From positions 64,001 to 128,000 of the IMG/VR virus record IMGVR_UViG_3300010396_000002: 64,000 nucleotides of DNA; one strand, 5' to 3'. Each line of letters begins with the position of its first letter. Position 1 is the stretch's first letter. Below are positions 40,132 through 50,769 of the stretch, piece after piece. Under the pieces are notes generated by a model. The model was not told where the DNA came from, searched no databases, and was given only the letters and a program-made list of their open reading frames with translations. The position numbers and the translations under genes are program-made. This stretch comes from a virus.

Positions 40132-40183
40132 GCGCAGACCCCCGGGCTCCATCTGAGCCGCGGGGGCCGCGTCGTTGAAGGAG
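40132..40183 (+). repeat. element E16
   Basis: GCGCA ga CCCCCG GGCTC catct GAGCC [G] CGGGGG ccgcgt CGT tgaa GGAG. Confidence 0.9.
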
Positions 40184-40189
40184 ATCGAC

Positions 40190-40432
40190 ATGCCCAAGCA
40201 CTGGCCCATCTGTCCCGCCATCGCCTACTGCCTGCGCGTCCTCGCGCTCGACATCGAGAGCAACCCCCAGGGCATCAACCCCGAGGGCGACACCATCGGC
40301 GACATCCTGAACGAGGACACCGAGAACGACCCGCGCACGGAGGAGGGCTTCCGGCGCTGGCTCAACGTGCACGGCGGTTTCTCCTCGGAGGAGATCGCGG
40401 CCGCCGTCGCGGAGGTCTACGCAAGGTCATGA
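40190..40432 (+). CDS. hypothetical protein
   Basis: Follows E16. Confidence 0.65.
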   Translation: MPKHWPICPAIAYCLRVLALDIESNPQGINPEGDTIGDILNEDTENDPRTEEGFRRWLNVHGGFSSEEIAAAVAEVYARS

Positions 40433-40818
40433 GACTCGCCATCGCCAACAAGGCCATCCTGCTCACTGGCGACGGGCCTCCCATCCTTCGCGTCGAAGGG
40501 CTCGAGACCGCTGCCTACGGCCCAACGTGCGCGGAGATCCGCTTGACCCGTCAGCGGTTCAAGCGCCTCTTTGGGGTGGCGCCTGTCATCCGCATCCAAG
40601 GACGCTTCCACCGCGACGCTATGCTCCAGCGCGACGCCAGCGATGCGGCCGGCCCCGATGTCTGGCCCCTCATGAACAACCCCGAGCCGGTCGTCTTCGT
40701 TGGTAAAGAGTACATCACGATCCGGCTCACCTACCCCATCGCGAAACGGGACACGCTGCGGGTCTTTCCGGAAAAGGGGCGCAATGTGCAGATCCGTTTC
40801 ACGCTCCCCAATACGTAA
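40429..40818 (+). CDS. hypothetical protein
   Basis: ATGA-coupled; ends at E17. Confidence 0.65.
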   Translation: MRLAIANKAILLTGDGPPILRVEGLETAAYGPTCAEIRLTRQRFKRLFGVAPVIRIQGRFHRDAMLQRDASDAAGPDVWPLMNNPEPVVFVGKEYITIRLTYPIAKRDTLRVFPEKGRNVQIRFTLPNT

Positions 40819-40819
40819 A

Positions 40820-40869
40820 GCGCGCACCCCGGGGGCTACGGCTCGCCGGGGCTGACGCGTCGAAGGAGG
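40820..40869 (+). repeat. element E17
   Basis: GCGCG ca CCCCGG GGGC tacg GCTC [G] CCGGGG ctgacg CGT cgaa GGAGG (cUACGg tetraloop). Confidence 0.9.
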
Positions 40870-40874
40870 CCGAC

Positions 40875-43155
40875 ATGCAAGACGACCAGGATGGGGGGCT
40901 GCTCGCGCGGGCCGACGAAGCGCTCGACCTGCGCACCAGCATCGAGAAGTGGCAGGCCGAGATCGACGCTGGCGGCATCTCGCCCGAGCGGCGCAAGGAT
41001 CTGCGCACGTCGATCCGCCTTGCGGAGAAGCGGTGCGCGGAACTGTTGCGGGGTCCGAAGGGAGGCGCGCGATGAACACGACCCACCTACGGCGCATGCT
41101 CGCCTCGCAGATCCGCCGCGGCGCCTGGAAGGGGCGCGACTGCTGGTGGACGCTGAAGGCGTTCGTACGCGCCGTGCCCGAGCTGACCTGGAACGCGATC
41201 ACCGAGCTCTCGGGCAAGGTCTCCGGCTGCGGCTGCACCGACGACGAGGCCGAGGTCTGTGGCACCAGCGACTGGTGTTATTGCCCGTGCCATCCGGAGA
41301 ACGCAGAGAAGCGCTCCCCATGCCGTTGCGGCGAGCCGCAGACCGCCCACGACCCGAGCGGGATCCCCGGCGTGTGCGACGGGTACGACCCGCAGACCGA
41401 CAAGCACCTCGCGTGCGACCAGTGCGGCGAGAACCCCCTGGTCGAGTACAACGCGAAGGCCGGCGACCGCTGCCCCAGGCACGCGTTGCCGGATCCGCGC
41501 AGTTCCTGCAATGGCATGCTCCGCGTGACCGGATGCGGCGACCCGGAGTGCTGCCGATGAGCGCGTCCGCCGTCTGGCAGCGGCTCGCCGGTCCGGCGTG
41601 CGCGCGACGAGGCGCCCGCGCCGTGCTGCGGGACATCAACGGCGACCTGATGACCCTAGGCAAGGTGCTCGCAGCCATCTGCAAGGCGTCGCAGACGCCG
41701 CCAATCGCGACGCTCCGGCGCCGGTACACGGCACAGTGGAACGCGCGCATCCGCGTGCGCCGGTTCCTGCATGGCGTCGCGGTTGGCAAGACGCCAGCGC
41801 CTCCAGCGTCTTCTGCATCGGTCCGGAACCTGATCCGACGACTGGAGGCGCAGCTCTGCTCCTGCGAACACTCCAAGGGCCATCGCTGCGTCGAGCAGCG
41901 CGCGATGCGTGCCGCCGCGGCCCTCTTGCGAGGCGAGCCGTGACGGAGCGCGCCACGCACACGACGCCCAAGGGCGCCGTCGTCCCGATCTTCGCCGGCA
42001 AGCTCCACGACTGGAGCAACGTCAACGGCGACGATCCCAAGGGGCTCGGTACGATCGAGGTCATCGTCCACGAGACCTTCGTGCAATGGGTCTACCTGTA
42101 CCCGAGGCACCCGCCGACAGCGATCCACGTCCCCAACGGGCTCGACCCGAACGAGCCTCCACCGCTCCCGAAGCCGGAGAGCATGTGGGCCAAGTGCAAC
42201 TGCTCCAAGGCGGTCGGAGGCTCCGAGCACATCTGCGGCGGCTGCGGCCAGCCCTACTTCATCGAGATCCACGGCTGGGCCGATGGGTACTGCACCTACT
42301 GCTACCACCGAGGTTGAACATGACGCGCGAGCAGATGATCGCCATCGTGACCGAACGAAGCGCCGGAGCGACGCCCGCCGTCGACCCGTGCCGCGTGTAT
42401 GACGCGAGCGGGGCCTACGTCTGGTTCGACGAGAACGCGACGGAGTTGGACGTGTGCGAGCGGTGCGCCGACAAACTGGTCGAGCGACGCAGCACGGGAA
42501 CCGATTCCATCGAGGTCTTCCCCCGCGGTGAGAAGACCGACGTGATCCATTCCTGCGGCGGATGCGGTTGCCCGCTCCTCGACGTCCTCACCAAGGATGG
42601 CGCGGAAGACGAGCTGTCTCACTGGGAGACGCACGGCGCGCCGAAGGACGCCGGCGAGTGGCGCGAGTTCGGCCTCATGGTCCAGTCGATCCCCGACGAG
42701 CACCTCCCGCGCGTCGTCCCCTTCCTCAGCACAGGAGCTTGAGCATGGAAGCGTTCATCCACATCGACAGCTTCGCTGGGAGGACCAAGCACAAGGTCAA
42801 CGTGATCGGCGCGACGCCGAAGCGGTTCCGCGTCGAGGTCATCGACCAGTTTGTGACCGTTGCCACGCGCAAGCACCACAAGGGCTCCGTCCTCCTGGTG
42901 CCGCGCTACGCCGTGCGCGACGAGGCCGGCAAGCCGATCGAGTGCCCCGACGCGTTCCTCGAGAACGATCACGGCTTCTTCACGCTGACGCCGGTGTCAG
43001 ACAAGGCGAAGGACTGGCTCTTCGCTCACTGCAACCCGAAGCCACGTCGAGGCGATTCACTGCACTTCGACGACCGCCAGTACGTGCAGGAGATCCTCGT
43101 CGCCATGAAGTTCAACGCGGGGCTCGTCTGGGTCGCGGGGAGGGTGCGGGTGTGA
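40875..43155 (+). other. run of six closely spaced small hypothetical genes (40875-41075, 41072-41560, 41557-41943, 41940-42317, 42320-42742, 42745-43155)
   Basis: Overlapping or adjacent stop/start codons; several Cys-rich. Confidence 0.65.
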
Positions 43156-45449
43156 AACACGTCTTCCGCTCCGCCTGCCTCTTCGCCGGGGCCGGCGCCA
43201 TGGCCTACGGTGCCAAGGAGGCCAGCCAGCGCTTCCGCGAGCACGGGGCATCGTTCGAGCTCTGTGGTGCGTACGACTACGACGCCTACGCCTGCCAGGC
43301 TTACGAGTACCTCAACGACAGCCCCTGCGCGCAGCTCGACGCGGCCACGATCACGCTGGAGCAGATCCGGAAGCTGTTCGGCGAGAAGCCGCCCGACGCG
43401 GCATGGATCAGCGCCCCGTGCCAGGGTGCCTGCAAGATGCTGCCCGAGGCCAAGGCCGCGACGCCGAAGTACGTGGCGATGAACGACCTCAGCCTCCGCG
43501 GCGTGCAGACGCTGCTCGACGCGTATCCGGACGATCCGATCCCGCTGATCTTCTTCGAGAACGTGCCCAACATCACGACCCGGGCGAAGCAGATGCTTCG
43601 CGATCTGCGCAAGCTTGCGAAGTCCCGCGGGTACGTGCAGCACGAGGGCTATCACGAGGCGCGCCATCTCGGAGACCTAGCGCAGCGAAGAAAGCGCTGG
43701 TTCGCCGTCTGGCGGCACCCGAGCAAGGTCCCCGTCTTCCTCTACATGCCGCCGCACAAGGCGGGCAAGGTGTGCGGGGACGTGCTCGGGCCTCTGCCGC
43801 TCCCGAACGATCCGCGGGGTGGCCCGATGCACCGGCTCAGCAACACGAGCATGATCAACCTTCTCCGGCTCTGGGCGATCCCCGCCGGCGGCGACTGGCG
43901 GGACTTGATCCAGGACGACGTGCCGCGGCGGGAGCGCTTCCGGCGCCAGCACATCGAACGCTGGGACGATCCAAGCGTCACCATCGGCGGCCCCGGCAGC
44001 AACGGGGCCTGCGCAGTGCAGGACCCACGGCCGGCGGGAGGCGTCGACCTGCTCGGCGGCAAGGCCCCAACGCAGGAGCAGCTCGAGCGCTGGGAGCAAG
44101 AGGGCGTCCACGCGGACGGGGCCGTGCACTTCTTCAAGGGCAAGCACGGCGTGCGCCCCTGGAGCAAGCCGGCGCGCACGGTCATCGCCGGCCCAGGCAA
44201 CGACGCGACGGCGGATCCACGCGTTCTGCTCCAGCCTCAGGCCGGGAACGGCCGGATGCACTGGGGGAAGTACGTGGTCGTGCCCATGAACGGCACGGCT
44301 CCGTGCGTGACGACGGCGTTGCGCGTCGGTTCCGGCGCACCCAGCATCGCCGATGATCGGGTCGACCTATCAACCGGGCCGCAGTTCAACCGGCGCTGGG
44401 GCGTGCTCTCGCCGGGGGAGCCGAGCGACACGGTGACTACCGCCGGACGGCCGCAGTGCGGCGCCTTCTCCTACGCCGCGCCGGCGCCCGAGCCGGTGGA
44501 CCTCGTGCCGAAGCAGAAGTGCTACGACGCCGGCTATGGCGTCCTCGCCAAGGGCCAGCCTAGCCGGACCATCGCCACCAAGGCGGACCCCGGATGCGGG
44601 GCCTACGCCATCGCCGACGAGGTACCGGCTCCGCTCCAGCTCGAGCTTGGCTGTGCTCCGCATGCTGGCGCCTACGGCGTGACCGGCTTCGACCAGGAGC
44701 AGGCCACGATCACCGCCCACCACAAGGTCGACAACCGACCGGCAGCCGTTGCCGACCCTCGGCCCACCCCCGCTTACGTCGTGCTCTCCCACGAGGAGAC
44801 CAAGCGGATCGTGGACGGCGAGGTCCGCGTCCCGTTCGCCATCGTCGACCAGGAGAACCCCGGGGAGGCGCTCGCCATCGTCGACGACCTGGAGAAACCG
44901 CCGTACCGCTGGGTCGAGACGAAGCCCAAGACGAAGCGGGGGAAGCCCAAGCGCAAGAAGGAGACGGTCGCCCTCGTTCTCATCTCGGCCGACGGCACAT
45001 GGCACCGGCCGCTGACCACGCTGGAGCTCGCCGTGCTCCAGTCCTTCCCCGCCGTGCACAACGGCAAGCCGCTCGACTTCGGAGGCGGGAGCACGGCACA
45101 GCGCACCGTCATCGGGAACGCCGTGCCGTGCAAGGTGGCGAAGGCCATCGCCGAGCAGATGCTGCTCTCCCTCGTCGTTGCCGCCACGGTCGGCTTCACC
45201 CTCGGCGACCCTGGCACGCCGGTCTGGGTCAAGAACGTCCGCGCCCTCGAGCGCCAGCTCCAGCGCGAGGGCTATGTAGTCGTGAAGGGGCGCGGCACGC
45301 TCAACTTCACGACGGGCGAGATGCTCGACGACGGCTTCGCCCGATGGCGGGCAGCGAAGCCGAAGAAGAAGGCCCGCCATCGGGCACGCACGCTGCCCCG
45401 GGCCATCCCGAGGCCGGTGCATGTCGCGCCTGCCCACGCCTACGCATGA
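43152..45449 (+). CDS. DNA (cytosine-5) methyltransferase with expanded repetitive variable region
   Basis: LFAGAG (I), SAPCQG (IV), FENVP (VI), QRRKRW (VIII), RPLTTLELAVLQSF (IX), IGNAVP (X). Confidence 0.9.
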   Translation: MKHVFRSACLFAGAGAMAYGAKEASQRFREHGASFELCGAYDYDAYACQAYEYLNDSPCAQLDAATITLEQIRKLFGEKPPDAAWISAPCQGACKMLPEAKAATPKYVAMNDLSLRGVQTLLDAYPDDPIPLIFFENVPNITTRAKQMLRDLRKLAKSRGYVQHEGYHEARHLGDLAQRRKRWFAVWRHPSKVPVFLYMPPHKAGKVCGDVLGPLPLPNDPRGGPMHRLSNTSMINLLRLWAIPAGGDWRDLIQDDVPRRERFRRQHIERWDDPSVTIGGPGSNGACAVQDPRPAGGVDLLGGKAPTQEQLERWEQEGVHADGAVHFFKGKHGVRPWSKPARTVIAGPGNDATADPRVLLQPQAGNGRMHWGKYVVVPMNGTAPCVTTALRVGSGAPSIADDRVDLSTGPQFNRRWGVLSPGEPSDTVTTAGRPQCGAFSYAAPAPEPVDLVPKQKCYDAGYGVLAKGQPSRTIATKADPGCGAYAIADEVPAPLQLELGCAPHAGAYGVTGFDQEQATITAHHKVDNRPAAVADPRPTPAYVVLSHEETKRIVDGEVRVPFAIVDQENPGEALAIVDDLEKPPYRWVETKPKTKRGKPKRKKETVALVLISADGTWHRPLTTLELAVLQSFPAVHNGKPLDFGGGSTAQRTVIGNAVPCKVAKAIAEQMLLSLVVAATVGFTLGDPGTPVWVKNVRALERQLQREGYVVVKGRGTLNFTTGEMLDDGFARWRAAKPKKKARHRARTLPRAIPRPVHVAPAHAYA

Positions 45450-45452
45450 ACC

Positions 45453-45505
45453 GCGCACGCCCCGGGGCTCTTGCAAGAGGAGCTGCCGGGGCATGCCATT
45501 GGAGG
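45453..45505 (+). repeat. element E18
   Basis: GCGCA cg CCCCGG GGCTC ttgcaagag GAGCT [G] CCGGGG catgc CAT t GGAGG. Confidence 0.85.
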
Positions 45506-45510
45506 ATTCA

Positions 45511-46041
45511 ATGACCAAGACCATGATCGTGACCCCAGCCATGATCGACAGGGCCCGTGCGCTGCTCTTGCGCCGGAAGGAAGTGCCCGGCGCGTTCGTG
45601 CACACACGCGGCGAGCTGCTCGCTCAGGTGTGCGCGATCGTCGAGATGCTGGATGAGCACTTCGACGTGAAAGCCTTCGACCACAAGCACCTGTGGGTGG
45701 CCCAGGGCCCTCGCAGCTACCAGGCCCGCAAGACGCTCGAGGTCGACTGGGCCCGCAAGGTCATCGACGACGCGCTCGCGCACCTCGACACGCTGAAGCC
45801 CCACGAGGACCCGCCCGAGATCGTGAAGGCTGCCAAGGAGCTGGAGGGCGCGTACGGCGCCGTGGTCGACGCCGCGCACGAGTTCTACACGAGCATGGAC
45901 CTCAGGAAGCTCCTCAAGCACCAGCCCCCGAGCGAGGTGAAGGTCCCCGGGTACCGCCTCGCCGACCTCGCCGATGCCGTCCGGGCCTGGAAGGACGCCG
46001 GGCAGGCGCTGCTCGACTTGCAGGCCAAGCAGAAGCGATGA
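45511..46041 (+). CDS. hypothetical protein
   Basis: Follows E18. Confidence 0.7.
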   Translation: MTKTMIVTPAMIDRARALLLRRKEVPGAFVHTRGELLAQVCAIVEMLDEHFDVKAFDHKHLWVAQGPRSYQARKTLEVDWARKVIDDALAHLDTLKPHEDPPEIVKAAKELEGAYGAVVDAAHEFYTSMDLRKLLKHQPPSEVKVPGYRLADLADAVRAWKDAGQALLDLQAKQKR

Positions 46042-46238
46042 GGCCGCAGAAGTCCCCGGCGAAGCGCCTGGAGAAAGCGCGTGCGAGACGGCGAGACTTC
46101 TCCGCGCGCGGGTCGACCTGCCCGCTCTGCCGCCAGGAGTTCCGAACGTGCGAGCACACGATCCAGCAGGCCATGGACCGGCTGGACGAGGACGTGACGC
46201 TCGCCGAGGTCGAAGCAGCGAAGGACCGCTCACAATAG

Positions 46239-46289
46239 GCGCACGGCTCGGGCTCCCATCGGGGGGCGCCGAGCTTGTGCACGTGGAGG
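46239..46289 (+). repeat. element E19
   Basis: GCGCA cg GCTCGG GCTCCC atcg GGGGGC [G] CCGAGC ttgtgca CGT GGAGG. Confidence 0.9.
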
Positions 46290-46294
46290 AGAAC

Positions 46295-46663
46295 ATGAAG
46301 ACGCGAACAGGTTGGGTTGTGTGCGGAGTAGCGGATCAGACATGGGCCTACATGGCGAAGCCCGAGAGTGGCTTCGGGCTACCCGAGGATCGTCACACCT
46401 TCACCATCGAACCGAGCGAGGCGCACATCATCCGGGCAACGGGCCGCGAGGAAGCGGCCAGGAGGGCGAGCGCGATCCTCGGTCGCAAGGTCGGTCTCGG
46501 TCTGCCGAGCCCTGGAGACCGGCGAGTCGGCGCGCTCGCGCCGGGGCTCGGTGCCGCCCTGCCGCCGAGCATCGCCTCCGAGGCCAACGAGTCTGACGCG
46601 GGCGAGTGGCTCGAGTTCGTGCGCGACGTGCGGGCCTTCCGCAACGGGCCGGCGACATGGTGA
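46295..46663 (+). CDS. hypothetical protein
   Basis: Bounded by E19 and E20. Confidence 0.65.
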   Translation: MKTRTGWVVCGVADQTWAYMAKPESGFGLPEDRHTFTIEPSEAHIIRATGREEAARRASAILGRKVGLGLPSPGDRRVGALAPGLGAALPPSIASEANESDAGEWLEFVRDVRAFRNGPATW

Positions 46664-46710
46664 GCGCATCCCCGAGGGCCGCAGGGCCGCTCGGGTTGAG
46701 CCCGTGGAGG
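46664..46710 (+). repeat. element E20
   Basis: GCGCA tc CCCGAG GGCC gcag GGCC [G] CTCGGG ttgagcc CGT GGAGG. Confidence 0.9.
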
Positions 46711-46714
46711 TACC

Positions 46715-46972
46715 ATGCCGGACACCACGGACGAGGACATCATCCGCATCACCGTCGACGTCGAGAGGTGCGGCCGCTCCACCAGGACCAAGGCGTCGAG
46801 TTGGGCCTACGTCGACGCGCCGCCCAACGTGCGCCGCCACATCGCCCCCGAGACGTTCGTCGAAGCCGTCGCCGAGCTCGTTGTCAACGGCTACACCGTC
46901 ACCGTCGAGCCGAAGATCGAGGACATCTCGCTCCTCGACTGGTACGGCGGCCAGCTTCCCACCGGAACGTGA
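46715..46972 (+). CDS. hypothetical protein
   Basis: Follows E20. Confidence 0.65.
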   Translation: MPDTTDEDIIRITVDVERCGRSTRTKASSWAYVDAPPNVRRHIAPETFVEAVAELVVNGYTVTVEPKIEDISLLDWYGGQLPTGT

Positions 46973-46987
46973 GAGGATCGAACCACC

Positions 46988-47329
46988 ATGAGCGACGTCA
47001 GCAACGACCGCGATATGCGCCTCGCCCAGGAGATCGCGAGCCGCTGGCCCACCCACGGTGACTGGGCTTTCGACTACATGTACCCCGGCTTCTTCCGGTA
47101 CTACTCGGACAGGTTGGGGTGCTCGGTGTTCTTCACGCCCGACTTTAACGAAGAGGGGGCGCTCGACATGCAGCTCCAGGACGATGTCGGGAACGCCATC
47201 GACAACGACGTGATCCCCTACGCCTTCGTCAAGTACCAGGAGCCGCTGACCGCCGACTTCATGCACGACGAGGTCGTCAAGGCGCTGGCGCTCGTCGATG
47301 CCTACTACATGCAGGCCGCGAAGCCATGA
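46988..47329 (+). CDS. hypothetical acidic protein
   Basis: GAGGA SD; coupled to next gene. Confidence 0.65.
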   Translation: MSDVSNDRDMRLAQEIASRWPTHGDWAFDYMYPGFFRYYSDRLGCSVFFTPDFNEEGALDMQLQDDVGNAIDNDVIPYAFVKYQEPLTADFMHDEVVKALALVDAYYMQAAKP

Positions 47330-48068
47330 GCATCGACAACGCCACCATGCGCTGGAAGTACGGCCGCGAGGGGTTCTTGCTGGACCTCGAGCGCGGTGTC
47401 TTCAACCCGAGCGGGTACGATGTCGTGCGCGTGCGCGAGCAGAGCGGCTCGGCGGCCTTCGTCGGCGAGCACCACTACTCGGGGACCTGGAAGGGCGGCG
47501 GGCTCGTCTTCGACCTGATGCACCACGCGAAGCGCGTCGGCGTCGCCGTCTACTCGCAGCCCGGCGGGCCCAAGGTGCTCGGCGCCTGGTTCCCCGGCCA
47601 CGAGAAGACCTCGCTGGAGCTCAGCCGACTCGTGCTGCTCGACGAGGTTCCATTCAACGCCGAGACGTGGATGCTCGCCCGCACGCGCGATCTTCTCTGG
47701 CGCGACGGGTACACCGGGGTCGTGAGCTACTCCGATCCGATGCCGCGCCCGCGCGCGGACGGGAGCTTGCTCTTCCCCGGCCACGTCGGGACGACCTACA
47801 AGGCCGCCTCCGCGATCTATACGGGCCAGACCAAGGGCGAGGCCCAGTGGCTCTTCCGGGACGGCACCGTCTTCCCGTCGCGCGACCGGACCAAGATCCG
47901 CGCCTTCGCCTTCGGGCAGGACACGTGCAAGGGCTGGGACTACGCGAAGGACGTGCTCCTCGCCCAGGGGGCCCCGCCGTTCGAGTTCGCCTTCGGCGAC
48001 GAGCGAGCGTCCGCCTGGTGCGACTCATCATTGCGGGCGTCAAGCAGCCCGCGTTGCCGTTCACCTGA
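47326..48068 (+). CDS. Mom-family (GNAT) adenine-modification protein, apparent frameshift near 48023
   Basis: FVGEHHYSG, GVAVYSQP, LELSRLVLLDEVPFNAETW, GVVSYSDP, GHVGTTYKA; corrected end ...LIIAGVKQPALPFT* abuts the next SD. Confidence 0.75.
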
Positions 48069-49035
48069 GGAGGGCGCATGCCCATCGACGCGAAGGCCGT
48101 GCGGCCCGGCGACATCACGTACCACCTGAACATGGATCCGGAGAGCGCGCAGGTGCGCGTCCGAGGCGAGCCTTGGGCCATGCTGCTCTGGCACAACGGC
48201 GTTGCCAGGGTCGAAGGCTACCCCAACAACACCATCGACGGCGCCCGCGCCGACGTGCTCCTGATGCTCTCAGCGGAGGCCCTGAAGCGGGCCAGGAAGA
48301 GGTAGTTGCCATGGCTGACACGCAAGCAGGTCGCAAGTTCAAGCCCGGCGACCGGGTCGACTGGACCCGCATCTACAAGGTGAGCAACGTCACCGAGCGC
48401 TGGCGACGCGTCTTCGGAGACGGCCCGTACACCGTCAAAAGTGTTGAGGTCGATGCGACCGACAACCCGCTGATCACCATCAAGCCCAACAAGAGGCCGC
48501 CGCCTGGCGAAGACCTTACATTCACCGAGTCGTGGTTCGACAAGGTCGGTGCCACGTGAGCGCGCCCAAGCCAATCCCTGCCGCGCTGGAGGACGTTGGC
48601 GCCGTCGTTCGCCGGTGCTGGCCCGGCTGTGCCGAGGTGCAAGGCGTCGACCCGGTCAAGGTGCGCGTCGAGGTCGTGCCCCACGTCGAGCGGCGACAGC
48701 ACGGTCACCGCCGTGGATGGGAACTCGTCATCGCTCGCGATCCGGGACACGGCGGCACCCTGCGGGCCATCGAGAACGCGCGGGCGATCGAGGAGCTTGC
48801 TCGGAGCTTCGAGGACGCCGGCTTCGACGTCCTCCGCCACGAGGACGGCCGCCGTGTCGTGCTCGGCTGGACGCGTAGCTCCGAACCGCACAGGAAGGGG
48901 ATGCGGGCGCGCCTCGTCGAGCTTGGGCCGTGGCACCCGGACCGGGACCGTCGCCGAGCTGAGCTGCTCGCACAGCGCAACCCGCGCGCAATCGCCGAGA
49001 TGACCGGCCACGCCGCTCCGACCAGTGAGTAGGCC

Positions 49036-49809
49036 ATGCGCGCCGGGAGCTTCTTCCTCGGCACGCACATGCCGGGCTGGCTCGCCGATCCACGCTTCGC
49101 TGAGGTCCCGCTCTTCGTCTCCCGCCGGAGGCTCGTCAAGCGGCGCACACTCCCCCGAGCCAAAGGCCGCTGGGCCTGCGACTCGGGCGGGTTCATGGAG
49201 CTGTCCCTCTTCGGCGGATGGACCGTCGGGCCTCGTCAGTACGCCGGCGAGATCCGCAGGTTCCGCGACGAGATCGGCGGCATGGCGTGGGCCGCGCCGA
49301 ACGACTGGATGTGCGAGCCCGGCATCCTCCGTTCGACGGGCCTCGACGTCGTCGAGCACCAGCGGCGCACCGTCGCCAACCTGCTGGAGCTCCGGTCCAT
49401 CGCCCCGGACCTCCCCTTCGTGCCGGTCCTTCAGGGCTGGCAGGTGGACGACTATCTACGATGCGTCGATGCGTACGACCGCGCCGGCGTGAACCTCCGC
49501 AAGGAGCCCGTCGTCGGCGTTGGCACGGTCTGCCGGCGCCAGAACACGACGGAGGGAGCGCGAATTGTCCGCAAGCTCGCCGGCCTTGGGCTCAAGCTCC
49601 ACGGCTTCGGCTTCAAGGTGACGGGGCTCAGGGCGTGCGGAGACGCGCTCGTCAGCGCCGACTCGTTGGCCTGGTCCTTCCGGGCTCGCAGATCGGATCC
49701 GCTTCCAGGTCACTCCCACAAGTCGTGCGCGAACTGCCCCGACTTCGCGCTAGCATGGCGCGGGGAGATCGAAGCGGGGCTCGTACCCAGGCAACTCGCC
49801 CTGTTCTAG
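49036..49809 (+). CDS. TGT-like / DpdA-like deazapurine DNA-modification protein
   Basis: DSGGF, DWMCEP, PVLQG, VGVGTVC, LHGFG, SADSLAW. Confidence 0.75.
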   Translation: MRAGSFFLGTHMPGWLADPRFAEVPLFVSRRRLVKRRTLPRAKGRWACDSGGFMELSLFGGWTVGPRQYAGEIRRFRDEIGGMAWAAPNDWMCEPGILRSTGLDVVEHQRRTVANLLELRSIAPDLPFVPVLQGWQVDDYLRCVDAYDRAGVNLRKEPVVGVGTVCRRQNTTEGARIVRKLAGLGLKLHGFGFKVTGLRACGDALVSADSLAWSFRARRSDPLPGHSHKSCANCPDFALAWRGEIEAGLVPRQLALF

Positions 49810-49819
49810 AAGGTGGTGC

Positions 49820-50769
49820 ATGGAGCAACTCGGCCTCTTCAAGGCGCGCGCCATCAAGGTGCGCAAGGTCGCCAGGAAACGGAAGCGGCCCGAGGCGCCA
49901 CCGCTCGAGGCCTGGGACGGCAACCCACGCGTGAAGGTCGCCTCGATCGGGGGCGGCCTCTCGACTCGTTCGCCATGCTCGTCGACCGCGTCCAGCATGG
50001 CGAGGTGCCCGAGCTTGCGATCTTCGCGGACGTGACCGATCCGGAGCGGAAGGACCCCGGGGAGTGGCCGGTCACCTACCAATACCTCCGGGAGGTCGTG
50101 ATGCCGTACTGCGACCAGCACGGCATCGAGTTCGATTGGCTCGACACGACGCGCTCGCCCATCCGCGGGCACCGCTCCCTGTTCGGCTACTTCGCCGCCA
50201 TGCGCCTGATGCCGAGCCGCATGAGCCGGCTGTGCACCTCGGCAGCGAAGGTCGAGCGCGTCACCGACGAGCTGATCCAGCGCTACCCCACCAGGCCCGT
50301 CGAAGTGTGGGTCGGCTTCGAGGCGGGCGAGGAGATCCGCCTCAAGCGCGACCCGCACGCCGCCGGCGTTGTCGGGCTCGCCGGGAACTGGCGCGTCAAC
50401 CGCTTCCCGCTCATGGAGCGGAACCTCTGCCGGTGCAGGTGCGAGGACGTGCTGAAGGCTGCCGGCCTCCCGGTGCCTCCCGGCAGTGCGTGCATGCTGT
50501 GCCCCTACAGCACGCGCGGCGACTTCAAACGGCTCGAGCATCAAGAGCCCGAGGCATTCGCCTTCGGAGAGCGCATGGAGGACAACTGCCAGCGCACGAA
50601 GAAGAACGACAAGGTCATGCGCTACGGCTACGAGAAGGGCGACGGCACCGACCCGCCGCTCCGGCTCTGGGTCGAGAAGCCGTACACGCCCAGGGTCATG
50701 CCGTGCGAGGTCTGCGGTCGCCCTGAGCGCGCCCGCAAGAACGTGGGCTGCGACTACATCGCAGCATGA
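49820..50769 (+). CDS. PP-loop (PAPS reductase/QueC-like) protein, frameshifted at 49961-49962
   Basis: Removing a duplicated TC restores SIGGGLDSFAML; also IFADV, CTSAAKV, VGF, FPL, SACMLCPY. Confidence 0.75.
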
